This document shows positions 1 through 12,043 of a DNA stretch of 46,486 nt, piece by piece (within the stretch, counting starts at the first letter, position 1; each line of letters opens with the position of its first letter). Origin of the DNA: Sphaeroforma arctica JP610 (lineage: Eukaryota); contig NW_014040529.1 of the NCBI RefSeq assembly GCF_001186125.1, forward strand, positions 52,326-98,811, written 5' to 3'. A program made the translations under genes and the position numbers. The notes under the pieces were generated by a model. That model worked only from the letters and a program-made list of their open reading frames with translations. It was not told the DNA's origin and did no database searches.

Positions 1-75
1 TCTTAAACACATACACTCTCACGCACACGCACACACACACGCACATATATATGTATTTATCTTTGTATGTATATC
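1..75. repeat. (CA)n/(TA)n microsatellite
   Basis: Dinucleotide runs visible directly. Confidence 0.7.
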
Positions 76-426
76 TACACTCAGACATACGTTTATGTAT
101 TTAAGACTGTATTCATATTTTTTTTCCTTTATGGTATGCATATTATTATATGAATGGCTTATTTGTACGTGTTTACCTAATTTCATATACAAGTCCTAGT
201 TCTGTTCATCTGTATGTAGTGTTCTCCTCTGCTGTTGAATCATATGGTTTCGATAGGTATTTTGCTTGCTACGAGTACTGCATACAAGTTTAAATGCTTT
301 GTAGAGTTTTGTAAATTTATTGTTTTATCAACCTTCATTATCAGCTACAACTATCTTATACATGTCCGTCGAATCGCAATCGGAACCTGAAGTAAATCTC
401 TCTGCTCCGCTTGCCCACTTTCACAG

Positions 427-3338
427 GTACTACTGCGACTATTGTGACGCATATCTGACGCACGATTCGGTAAGAGTTTCCTCACCCTCGAATAAAGCGC
501 AGCCAGAAATGCTATAACTATTTGTTGATGATGTGATGTGTTCTTGTCTACGGGACAACATGTATGGATGTTGTTCATATACGCTGTTTGTAATACCTGG
601 GCTATTTAGTTATATAAAGTACAACACGAGGAGTGATGCTTTCAGGCGTGGAGAACTTACTATGCTCGTGGACGCACTACAGGAAATGGTATAGCTTAGA
701 CTACCCCAGGCCGCATCGCTTGCCTGAACGTAATTTGTGATATAGATATCATGTCGGTTTGAGAATGAGAATTCGTATTCATAGATGCCTTTGCATCCGG
801 GGAATCATATACCCACAAAAATGTGCCTTATAGACATCGTAGACACGCACGCCGGTATAGCTTTCACATCGATAGCTTCATCAGTATATCGTATTAACTT
901 GTTAGGCACGTAGTACCATTGTCAGTCACTTATTACTATTTGTTCTTTTCTTTATTCATTTAGGCGTCCGTGCGGAAAACACACAACCACGGTAGAAAAC
1001 ATAAAGACAATGTCCGTATATACTACCAAAACTGGGTAGAAAAGACCGGCATGCCGCCGCCTCCCGGTGGTACGTGTTGCGAACTATGTGGGACATATAT
1101 ATAACGCGTCAACATGTTGCTTTCAGACTAGCGAATATATTTTGACGTACTCGCGTGTTCATCTTCGTTTTCATATGCGTGGCTCCAATATGTATGTGAT
1201 GATGGGGAGCTTTTCGCACATTGTTAACTACGTGATTTACCAGTGATAAGATTATATTTGCATTGCCGTGTTTATCTGTGCTTGCAAATGACGTTATGTG
1301 CTACGCTGCAGTGATTACATCGAATATATCGGCCGCACCGGTCGACCGTAGCGCAGAGTGTGAGATCCGCGTATATCTTTGAGCTACAAGGATCATTTTT
1401 ACTCGCCGACAATATCTGAATTAATTTTCCCTCTCTCTCCACTACACTGGCAGGTATGGCGGTAGGGGCGGGGATGGGACCTCCCATGGGCATGGGACCA
1501 CCGATGGGTATGGGTCCAGGTACGTTGAAGGCTTTCCCAGCTGCTGTTTCTGTTTGGAAATACATCTCATGCACGCACTTTACAACAAATATGGGCGAAT
1601 ATATAGCCCGGACTCTTAACCCCCCCCGCACACGCACCTTATAGCAAGGAACAAGAATGCGCACTTACGTCGCTCATGCGTACAAGGGATAGGTTCGTAT
1701 CGTAGCATTGCCAGACTGGTGCGCTTGTAGCGTTCTCCTATAGATGGTTGCTTTCTGCATGCCCTTTGATGCACTCTTTGTTCAGAATTGGTGTGAGTGA
1801 ATCCTAATAGTCCCTAGACTGTTGTTATATGTAGCCGGATAGGTATTTGTCGACTACAGCTACGCCCGTCTCAGAGGAAATCAAGAGCTAGTCTGTAATT
1901 TACTATGGTGTTATCTTTAAAGTACACGAAGGGAGGTTGCGTTACAATTGGTCCCCACCGTGCGATGTTACACAGGGGAGCGTTTCTGAAAACAGCATGT
2001 GTATCAATTCAATTTTCTTTCACTTTGAAAATACCTGTAGGTATGATGCCTGGTATGGGGCATCCTATGGGCATGAATGGCATGGGTATGATGCACCCAG
2101 GCATGGGACCGCCTATGGGAATGGGTCAACCAATGATGGGCATGGGACCGCCCGGCCAAGGTAGGTAGCCGCATTTGGTGGAAGACAAAAATGCTGTTTC
2201 TCAGATTCGATTAAGAGTTATCCACACGCATACCTTTATGGTGTGGGGTACATACGAGTTGGTTTATAGTGTATCTGATTTTGGTTTTACCATAATATAT
2301 ATGAGAGCAATTCTGTTTGTGTTGGGATGTACCTCATGTAGATCCACACTCCTCATGACACGGGTTTAGAGAGTATTAACAACAAACTTCACGAACAAAC
2401 TTCACCAATAAACTTCACCACTGATTCAAAGCTCAGACTCTGGATACTAATCATGTTAACTTCGATTCCAATCACAGGACCACCACAGTACAACAGAGGA
2501 TCGTACGATGGGCAAATGCAACAAAATCAATTCTCGCAAGGTAAGTGTACCGTTTGCACACTTGGCCTATCGTATCGCAGCCTTTTATATCGATCTTCGG
2601 TTGGTTTAATTGATGGTGAAATTTAATCTGTCAGAGATGTTCAAGATAAAGAAAATTGGTTATTTGTAAGCAGAAACGCACTGAAGGGTGTTCACATCGC
2701 AGTTGTCTGTGTTTTTCTTCGTGTTGGCGACAGCTGCTGCGTATTCGCTATTCCCTTGTTGTACAATATTAAAGCAAAGTGGTGCATCCAAATCTGCTAC
2801 TGAAATGCCTTTTTTTTGGCTTAAGAATTTGATTTCATCTGTGTGTTCGTCTGTGCATATAAATGGATTTAAGCGGCATTTGCGCACCTCATACGAGAGA
2901 AAATCATGCACATGCTCACGCAGGTTTTCCAATAGTCGTCTGCAGTCACCTTGTTTGCTGCAGTCTCAGTCTTTCTAGTTATCAGAGGTGTGATATCGAT
3001 GGTCATAGTTGTAAGAGGTGTGATATCGATGGAGCAGTACATCAAGCATAGTCGCACAGCAATGTCCTTAAATTATCACCAATGCCCATACTGGATTCGT
3101 TAATCGACTATCGGTTGGTATTCTGCAATCAATCGCGTATTTCCAAGGACCATTGCGAATCAATATAATATCCCGAATTCATACAGATTGACCATCTATA
3201 AGCACAAGTACATATGATTTCTTCAATCCCTAGAATGCTTTCAAGCATCGATCTCATATATGCTTACGTGCTTTCTGTTTCTGTTGTTACCAATCAGGTC
3301 CACCTGGTGCTGGGCCTCCCGGTTTTATGATCCGTTAG
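427..3338 (+). CDS. SNRPC: U1 small nuclear ribonucleoprotein C (U1-C); first coding mini-exon not identified (probably upstream of the window)
   Basis: GT-AG exons 427-469, 964-1069, 1454-1519, 2041-2160, 2478-2540, 3298-3338 join in frame to [41 protein letters not shown] (U1-type C2H2 zinc finger), followed by a Met/Gly/Pro-rich tail ending GPPGFMIR*. Confidence 0.93.
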
Positions 3339-3724
3339 AGGATTCTCGCCGCTTCGTCAACTGCGTTACACGCAGATGCAAACTAAGACTTCGGCTCCCA
3401 AATATTATGTATATAGACAACAACCCATTAAAAACATAAATCCATGCACACCAGATTTATATGTATATATAATTTCTTTTTTGGTGATATCAATACGTAC
3501 AATTTGCACTGCAGATGATCAGTCGTAGCGCAATATCATATATATTGGTACATTTTGAAAGTTATTAAGATAAAGCTTGTTGACTTATCAAATACTATAC
3601 TCATGTCGTACATGGTCACAAAAGATTGGCAATCAATATGTATGCCTCGATAAGTAACGAATAGGTAAGTGTTGTTTGTATGTGAAAGTAAAGTCACCCA
3701 CAGTACGGATGATTTTCTTTTCGT

Positions 3725-3952
3725 AAATATATAGTAATATACATACAAACATACACACGCTCACACGCGTACACACACACACACCAACACAAATACACAC
3801 AGGGCGTTTCACAAGCAGAAATACAGACAAACATACGCACACACAAACACGCATACACACACACACAGAAACACATGCACGCACACACACGCACAGAAAC
3901 ACACGCCACACACACATATATATATCTATATACATACATACATCTACACATC

Positions 3953-3987
<35 letters not shown>

Positions 3988-4415
3988 TATATACATATAT
4001 ATACACACACATTTATATATACATATACATATATACACGCACTATATATATATATATAAACCTATATATACTTATATATATATATATACATACATACATA
4101 CACAAATACATACATACATATATATTACAAGATATATATATATGGATACAAATATGAATATATATATATATATGTTAAATATACACATATACATATATAT
4201 ATTTTAAATATATAAATTATGTTATATATCTAAATCTATATATCTGTATATATATACATATATATATACATACATATAGATATACAAATAAATATATATA
4301 TACATATATAGCTGTACCTATACATATATATATATTTATACATATATACATATATAGATAGATAGATATATATGTATAAATATATAGGTACATATATATA
4401 GAAATCATATAGCTA
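3725..4415. repeat. Compound (CA)n/(TA)n/(TACA)n low-complexity tract between U1-C and MBF1
   Basis: About 700 bp of imperfect CA and then TA repeats; it explains the spurious VC/YI-rich ORFs. Confidence 0.95.
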
Positions 4416-4447
4416 TACAGTAAACATGTGTATCCAACTACAATTTA

Positions 4448-4561
4448 CAATGTTAAATACTGATGTATACATGTATATATTTGGAGGTACGGTGCGTTAT
4501 GTACCAATGTTAAATACTGATGTATACATGTATATATTTGGAGGTACGGTGCGTTATGTAC
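4448..4561. repeat. Perfect 57-bp tandem duplication
   Basis: caatgttaaatactgatgtatacatgtatatatttggaggtacggtgcgttatgtac occurs at 4448 and 4505. Confidence 0.9.
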
Positions 4562-5116
4562 AGTCAAAATAGATAAGATTCAAAGAAACGATGAAAACTG
4601 TGCCTGGTTGTGTTGGCAAAGAAGCATATCTGCACAATTGGAACTACTGTACACACGCAGGCTATTATGAACAGCCATTATGGGCTCAGTACGTAATGTG
4701 TTGCCCACGAGGCATGAGAAATCAGTGATTCTCGAGCAACAAACTCGTTAACCTGTACTCGCGTTTCCAACAGATTGTACAAAACTCACGGATGTGTTGC
4801 CACAGTTGGGCACTTGCCCACGACTCGATTGGAAGTATATTCTCTGCTCCAAATTATTGAAAGCACATACGACTAAATTGCCTTTTCAATTTGATAAAGA
4901 CGGTCACTATTGTGACTAAATTTGACAACGCTGAATGTTAAGCAGTTCAGAACGTACAAATAGGACAGAAACTAACCTTCCAATTTATTAGTGAGAAACA
5001 GTTGCAATCGGGTCCAATCTACACCCAGGAATTCCAACTGAATCGAACCTAAAACTAACTAAAGGACGATCACATCACCCTCCCAAGATCCGAGATATCC
5101 ATTGACGTACAGCAAA

Positions 5117-7903
5117 TTACTTCTTTTTGGGACCCTGTACCAGAGGAGCACCGATGTTTTTACCACGGAGTTTTACGCCAAGAGCTCGTTCCAGCTTTCC
5201 AAGAACCTAAAATATATCAGAGAAACAAATTTTATAGCTGAGTACGTGAGAAGCTATGTTGGCGTTGACTAGCAACGCGTAATTTATTGAAAAATTGCAG
5301 CAGGAAAATAAACATATTGGAACGTGCTTGACCTAATATGCAGTGCCCACCTACCCATGCAGCGCACGCGAGTCACAAGCACAGTTCAATATATGATAAA
5401 AAATAACAAAATCAAAAATCGATGTACGATAGTACCCCACCAGGATACATGTGGGTGTTGTTAACCTTCTAGATTGTACCATGTAGTCTACTGTGAGATC
5501 AGATCGAAGGATGACGTACAAGGCTCACATGCCACATAAGACCAGGTAAAGGTATATCTTGGGTATCGCAACTCGATAGGGATATGTTATATCTGTAGAA
5601 AACACACCACTCTTGTGTGGGTTTGAAGAAGACGTACCTGATTATTTGGAATGGCCTTTCCAGATTCATATTCGTTGACAATTTGAGGTTTCTCATTGAC
5701 TTTCTGTAAGCGACGACACAAGTAAACATGTAAGTGTATGGACGTGTGGAGTACATATATACATAGTCCTCCACTTCCCAATGGTTTAATTCTCAAAAGC
5801 AGAGTCGCACATTGCCAAAAGTGCACCAAGCGTGAAAAAAAAAGTTCAGTGGACAGAGTATAGATACATATGGTCGACATGATGTGTACTATGCCCAACG
5901 CTGACAGGAGTTGAGGTTACCAAAGCCACCAAGGCACGTTCGTCAGTGCATGTGTAATTTACAGACATGTCATTTTGCCTCGAATATCCAATACGCTACA
6001 ACTTGCTGCACTTGCGAACGCTCATCTGACGGGAACACAATTTAATCCAGCACATCAATGACCACGTCTATACACAAATATGAGTGTATGTGGAAATACA
6101 TTGGAAGAAACAGACCACTTTCAAGATTGCGTATAGGCTGACACAAAAAAAAAGGCGATAAATAAACTAGCAGACACAGAAGAAAAAAAACGAGCGTCAC
6201 GAAATATGCATTCTATTCATGACCAGGCTAAACGAGCGTCACGAAATATGCATTCTATTCATGACCAGGCTTCAAGTACATACCGTTGCCAGCTCTTTCT
6301 GTGACATGCCCTTGGCTTGTCTCGCTTGCATAAGTGCCTTCGATACGGTTACACTGACAGTAGCATCTGTGAAAGTGACATAGATAGATATAATGAGAAA
6401 TCAAGCGGCATCGGTTTCAACAGAACGTGTCGAGGCCATATAGTACGTCTCTTAGAACGAATGATGATTCTGTGATCTAACTTCAGATACATTCAGAGCA
6501 ACATTAAAATCGCAATCCAAACAATTGAGGAATTGAACGGTCGCTTTGTCACTTTTCAGGACCAGCAGACTCTATGCAAAGGGAAAGCATTTCATAAACT
6601 AACCCGTGCATACACCCACTACATGTAGCTTTTCAATGATCGTATTGATTAAATGGTGTGCAGGTGATGCGTGGTGCACTTGGCCACTGATTCGGTCTAG
6701 GTGAAAGAAATACACATGTGAAATACAAACGAGGCATTGTCAAAGCGATTGACGCACCCTATCATGAGGATGAAGTAAGTGCATCATACTTGTAGCGGTA
6801 GATAAGGAACATGCAAAACATGCATGCACCAACTTTCAAAAGTAACTTACGTTTCAGCTCTTCCGTCTCACGATCGAGCTTGGCGGTATCCTTTGTAGAT
6901 TGGTGCTGTCTGTTTCCAGAGCCATTGACTGCAGAGACAAATAAATATATTTTTGATTGAGGAATGGAGACAGACGAGAGTGGTTAATATAAACCTATTG
7001 GTCACCGTGTGCTTGAAGAAAGCGATATAATATAAATCTATTGGTCACAGTGTGCTTGATGAAAGTGACATGATATAAACCTATTAGCCATAGCGTGCTT
7101 GATGATCACATATGAGCCGAATGAAAGCAATCACTATAATGAGTGACATTGACATGTATAGTCAGCCAGACTGGGTATCACTGAATATATATACCCCGAT
7201 ATATGATCATACACACATACTTATAGTATATGTGCTTTTCATCAATATGTTCAAGCTTGAATATAGTACACGAGTTCGGCATTGAAATGAGCTCCTGATT
7301 ATACGCCTGCGCACTTTGAGACAGGCAGATATATCTGTTTAGTACATACATTTATGCTCTTATGCGCATTACCGCTGTGCCCTTGATCACACATCTATGC
7401 ATCCTGAGGGATGCAGATTTATACCGGCAAGTTTTGTGGACATAGGGTCGTATTCATGGGGAAGTATACATACTTGTGTAACTAATGTTTGATACTGGGC
7501 CAAAGTGTGAGTGGTATGATGATGGTCGGCGAGTACTTGCTGTCACACTTATGTGTGCGTACTTGAAAATTGAAGTTACTCTAATGCCACGATAAGTGCT
7601 TTTACTAGCCCGATGTACTCTAGTAAGCTATAAATGCATTGATGGTGAAAATAGCCTATACATTGTACCAGTTTAATATGGGATGAAAACCTCCTGATAT
7701 ACATATACATATACCTGTTTATATATACAGAAATAGATGAATACACACCCGACATTTATACATATATATAAACTGACATTACCATACATATGTATACACA
7801 TACATACACACGTATATTAAATAAATATATATATATACAAACAAACAAACATACAAATAAACAAACATATATATCAATATGCATCATATACATATACATA
7901 CTT

Positions 7904-7938
<35 letters not shown>

Positions 7939-9016
7939 CATACATACATACATTTATATACATATATATATATATATATATAAACATAAATTATACAATT
8001 ATTCTTAAATCTTTACATAACACAAAAGGACAATGCACAAATAGCTGCCAACATAAGTTGAAAAATGGTATTGAATATTCAATAAAGATGCTCGATTCAG
8101 CAGTACTTCACTATGCGATCACAGAGGTACGAGCAATATTTTCTAACGGAAGGACTTCTGTACAGAGGGATGGGTGTATTTAAGAATTTAACAGCGCGTA
8201 TGTGATCGACATAAGCAACCTTACACAGCCCTCAATACACGCAACCGAATACAAAACATGTAATCCAGAGCCTAACGCAGGGAAATAAAAGTACACCAGA
8301 AAAAAAGGCATAATTTAAAATGTGATGCGATCAGATATAATGTGAGACACAAGTAATGAAGAAAAGTCTTACGGAACAAACACGTAGTTTCTATGCAAGA
8401 CCATAGGTCCACAAAAAAAGAAGCCAGACTTATATATATATATACTATGACTATCAAGAACATAGCATAAAACATGTGCCATGTGGTAAATGAGAGCACG
8501 GCCAAACCACGATACAAGTTAAGCGTGAACATGGTATAGAAGTAACCCTCACCAAAGCTGACCACGAGCAATGTACGTATGTATCACGACACCATAACAC
8601 AAAATAAATGATCTGAGTTCCTTTTCACATTCAATTGAAATGGGAAACCAGTATCGGTATGAAATTGGTTTGCAATCGCGAAACATCTATATCGGCAAGA
8701 AACTAAAATGTACACGCAAATAATTATGAATATCAATATTGCGCTATGTTGCATACGGTTCCATTCTATTCCAACTGTTTAGATACATGCAAAATATACT
8801 CTACTCAACCATACGCTGGAACCACAAATCATCGCAACAGCACAAGATTGCGACTGTGTACTTCAAATACTTCAATCCAATAGATTACTTACAACGCTCA
8901 TTTGTCTCGACCCCAGCCCCACTGCGGATGGCAGCGTTGACGTTAGAAGCCTTTTTCGCATCCGAAGCGCGTGTGGGCTTCTTACGGATTACCACTGTAT
9001 CCCAATCTTCAGACAT
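5117..9016 (-). CDS. MBF1: Multiprotein bridging factor 1 (MBF1/EDF1), 146 aa, 5 exons
   Basis: Exons 9016-8893, 6928-6851, 6366-6284, 5703-5638, 5206-5117 total 441 nt: [13 protein letters not shown]...[13 protein letters not shown]...[52 protein letters not shown]. This is the MBF1 N-terminus plus a Cro/C1-type HTH. Confidence 0.95.
6188..6271. repeat. Perfect 42-bp tandem duplication in an MBF1 intron
   Basis: aaacgagcgtcacgaaatatgcattctattcatgaccaggct occurs twice. Confidence 0.9.
6986..7105. repeat. Degenerate minisatellite of about 43 bp, 3 copies, in MBF1 intron 1
   Basis: atataaacctattggtcaccgtgtgcttga-like unit occurs three times. Confidence 0.75.
7695..8000. repeat. (TA)n/(CA)n/(CAAA)n low-complexity tract in MBF1 intron 1
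   Basis: Simple repeats visible directly. Confidence 0.9.
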
Positions 9017-9650
9017 CCTGTATATATATGTTGTAAATATTGTTTACGTGTGTAGTGTACTGCAACTGGCAGGGTTTCGGTATGCGAGTTCTATTTATCT
9101 GTATTTTTTTTTTTACAAAATCCGAGAGATGCAACAGACCCTGAGCCAACTACTAAATAGACGAGGCCTGATGACCTGAGAATTGAGAATTTGAGATCCA
9201 GTGACCTCTCTAGAGAGTTCCAGAGACGGCCATGAAGAATCAACAACATGATGCTCGGTCTGAATTTTAGGAATAAAATCATTCACCCAGCTGATGTGGC
9301 GATCATTCAAAGCCTCCTAAAATCCTGATACGCGAGTCTAAAAAAAGACAAATTCAAAACCTTTTTGAAAAACAAATACTACACCACTTTTTGTTAACAC
9401 AAAGTCTTGGTTGGAACTTCTCTCTCTTGTGGAATAGATACTACTATGCACTTAGATACAGTGCTTCACATAATAACACACAGTTGTTTAGGCTTCTCAA
9501 TTTTATCTATTTCCACATCTTGTATCCTTTATAGCGGTGTAAACCAAGCTTCGCTAAAGCAATAATTGCAAATATTAACATTTGTATATATAAGCCAGGG
9601 TGAACATCACATTCATAAGGTTTACAGCGTGAACGTCAAAAACAAAGCAA
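9017..9650. promoter_or_regulatory. Candidate bidirectional promoter region, MBF1 (-) / GlmU-like (+)
   Basis: Divergent start codons are separated by 634 bp. No specific sites are asserted. Confidence 0.45.
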
Positions 9651-11132
9651 ATGGGCGTGCCAAAAACTGTAGTGATTCTTGCCTGTCAAGAAAACACGCA
9701 CAACTACAGTCGTGGCTGCCAAGTAGCCGAGACCCTACATATCACACAAAGTGTTCACGGGCTACCTTTAATACAATGTATTCTTGAAACCATAGATTCG
9801 CTCGAGCAGATTACATCTATCAAACAGGTGGTTGTAGTAGGCCCACCTGAGCATGCACTCACGGTACTGAAGCTAATGAAGAACATTCGGGGTGATGATA
9901 TAGACTCAGATACTGAATACGATGAGGTTACGTGTGTATCAAAAGAAATAGATTCATTGCACATAGGGAACCGCGGTGAAAGTAGCGCGGAAGATATAGA
10001 TAGATATAGTGTGCATTATATAGCCCAATCGGATACATGCGGCGGTGCAAAGTGTGACGCAAAAGCGCTCGCCCTAGTTAGAGACAAAGGTTTGTTTATC
10101 AATAAGTGTGTGTTGGTACTGTCACCCAATTTTCCTCTTGTGACTAGTAGTAGTCTGGATATGCTGAGCGATCACCACGCCGATGAACGTACAGAAAGTA
10201 AGGACCACATGTGTACAATCCTGGTCAAAGACGCCAAGAAGATGCTGCCGGTGCCGTCGTCCGATAGGTATATCGCGTGTGTAGAGTGGGATAATATGCA
10301 AAGTCTATTACGAGAATATCTGGCGCTGAGTGACCCAGCGCAATGGTGGTACTATGTGCGACAACAGGCTATGCAACACGTAGAGTATGTGAATGTACGA
10401 GACGAAAGTGAGGTGAGGGAAGTGAACTCGTTCCGCTCCTTGGCTTTGGCAACCAAGGTAATGCGAGCCAACAACAACAACATGCACATGGACAATGGGG
10501 TGTATATCATCGACCCCGACACCACACACATAGAAGCGGGTGTATCTATACGCCCCAAGACCACAATACTTCCCAATACACACATTAAAGCAGGTACACG
10601 TATAGGGGAGGGGTCTGAAATAGGGCCTAATTCTATACTCGAGCGCGCGACTATAGGCAAGAACACACAAGTCCGCTTCAGCGTGATTTCCGAGAGTGAG
10701 ATTGGCGATAACTGCACAGTAGGACCGTATGCACATCTGCGCAACAGTGTTTGTGTAGCGGATGAATGCAGACTGGGTAACTTTGTCGAGTTAAAGAACA
10801 CTTCGGTGGGAACAGGCACATGCGTTGCACACCTCACGTATCTGGGAGACGCCAAGGTAGGTAAGGAGGTCAATTTCGGTGCGGGTACTATTACAGCCAA
10901 CTACGACGGCAAGGACAAGCACGGTACCGTTATTGGCGATGGTAGTAAAACAGGAGCCAACTGTGTGTTGGTGGCACCTTTACAGATTGGCAAACAGGTT
11001 GTTATTGCTGCGAGTACCACAGTAACTAAGGACGTCGAGGATGGTTGTCTGGTTATTGGAAGGGTTCGGGCTGAGTCCAAGCCGGGATACAAAGCGAGCT
11101 GGGCACGAGGAGATGTCCAACCGAGTGCGTAG
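9651..11132 (+). CDS. glmU: GlmU-like protein: degenerate N-terminal nucleotidyltransferase domain plus intact left-handed beta-helix glucosamine-1-phosphate N-acetyltransferase; intronless
   Basis: 493-aa ORF with GVYIIDPDTTHIE, hexapeptide repeats, VGPYAHLR, LGNFVELKN, AHLTYLGDA, VNFGAGTITANYDGKDKHGTVIGD, GANCVLVAP. The N-terminal LAAGxGTRM signature is replaced by LACQENTHN. Confidence 0.9.
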   Translation: MGVPKTVVILACQENTHNYSRGCQVAETLHITQSVHGLPLIQCILETIDSLEQITSIKQVVVVGPPEHALTVLKLMKNIRGDDIDSDTEYDEVTCVSKEIDSLHIGNRGESSAEDIDRYSVHYIAQSDTCGGAKCDAKALALVRDKGLFINKCVLVLSPNFPLVTSSSLDMLSDHHADERTESKDHMCTILVKDAKKMLPVPSSDRYIACVEWDNMQSLLREYLALSDPAQWWYYVRQQAMQHVEYVNVRDESEVREVNSFRSLALATKVMRANNNNMHMDNGVYIIDPDTTHIEAGVSIRPKTTILPNTHIKAGTRIGEGSEIGPNSILERATIGKNTQVRFSVISESEIGDNCTVGPYAHLRNSVCVADECRLGNFVELKNTSVGTGTCVAHLTYLGDAKVGKEVNFGAGTITANYDGKDKHGTVIGDGSKTGANCVLVAPLQIGKQVVIAASTTVTKDVEDGCLVIGRVRAESKPGYKASWARGDVQPSA

Positions 11133-11299
11133 TATTACATGTATCGTATGACAAAACGGATACAGAGTAGTGAAGTATGATTATAGAAAGGAATTTTAAG
11201 AGTGAGAGACCAAATAAGGATTAAAAATAAAAGGAATACCCAATAAAACTTCAATATTGCTTTCTAATAAAACGCAAAGGGCTATGTAAACGCCTTTGC

Positions 11300-11300
11300 A

Positions 11301-11356
<56 letters not shown>

Positions 11357-11389
11357 ACTATANNNNNNNNNNNNNNNNNNNNTACGTAC

Positions 11390-11439
<50 letters not shown>

Positions 11440-11440
11440 A
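11300..11440. repeat. (TA)n microsatellite spanning a 20-N gap (11363-11382)
   Basis: TA runs on both sides of the gap. Confidence 0.9.
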
Positions 11441-12043
11441 TAGAATTTATCCTGGTTGGCTGTAGCGTTGATAACCAACTTTATGAATTTTGTGCAAGGG
11501 AGGCACACAACACGATCAATGTCATGTATACTCAATGCATATTCTCACACTGAACCACTTTGCATAGAATCCCACTGGGATCGTATATTTAAAGTCGCGA
11601 GACGACGTCTCGTCTGTTTTGGTTCTTTTATGATTGAGATTGGTGTAAACCAAGTTTTTACTTAAAAGTTATAAAAACCGAAACAATTTTGGTCCTCGAC
11701 AGATGCCGCCATATGTGAAAATCACAACAGGATGTCTGTCGACAACAGTCGACAAACGCGCTCACAAGGCAAATCTACAAGTACACTGTATACAGGTGAT
11801 ATACATATGTGCCACCTATCAAATCACGACTAAACATTGATCCGTAGTAAACGGACACGCTGGTGCATTGATTACACAGTGTGCTCTCTCATAAAAAATC
11901 ATGTGGTGATTCAATAAGAATCTCAGGTTGGAGATACCAAGCGCGAGTCGCCATCTACAGCGGTGACGTGTATAGATGCAGATATATTCTATATCCATTT
12001 CGTATTCGATCTTTGATAGAAATAATATACCTGCTGAACAAAG

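Noticed and set aside
244..260. ATGGTTTCGATAG|gtat as the first U1-C exon
   Set aside because: It ends in phase 1, whereas exon 427 needs phase 2, and it does not encode the expected MP[KR] start.
3536..4408. ORFs rich in VC/YI/HT dipeptides (also 7756-8008 and 11296-11553)
   Set aside because: They are translations of CA/TA microsatellites.
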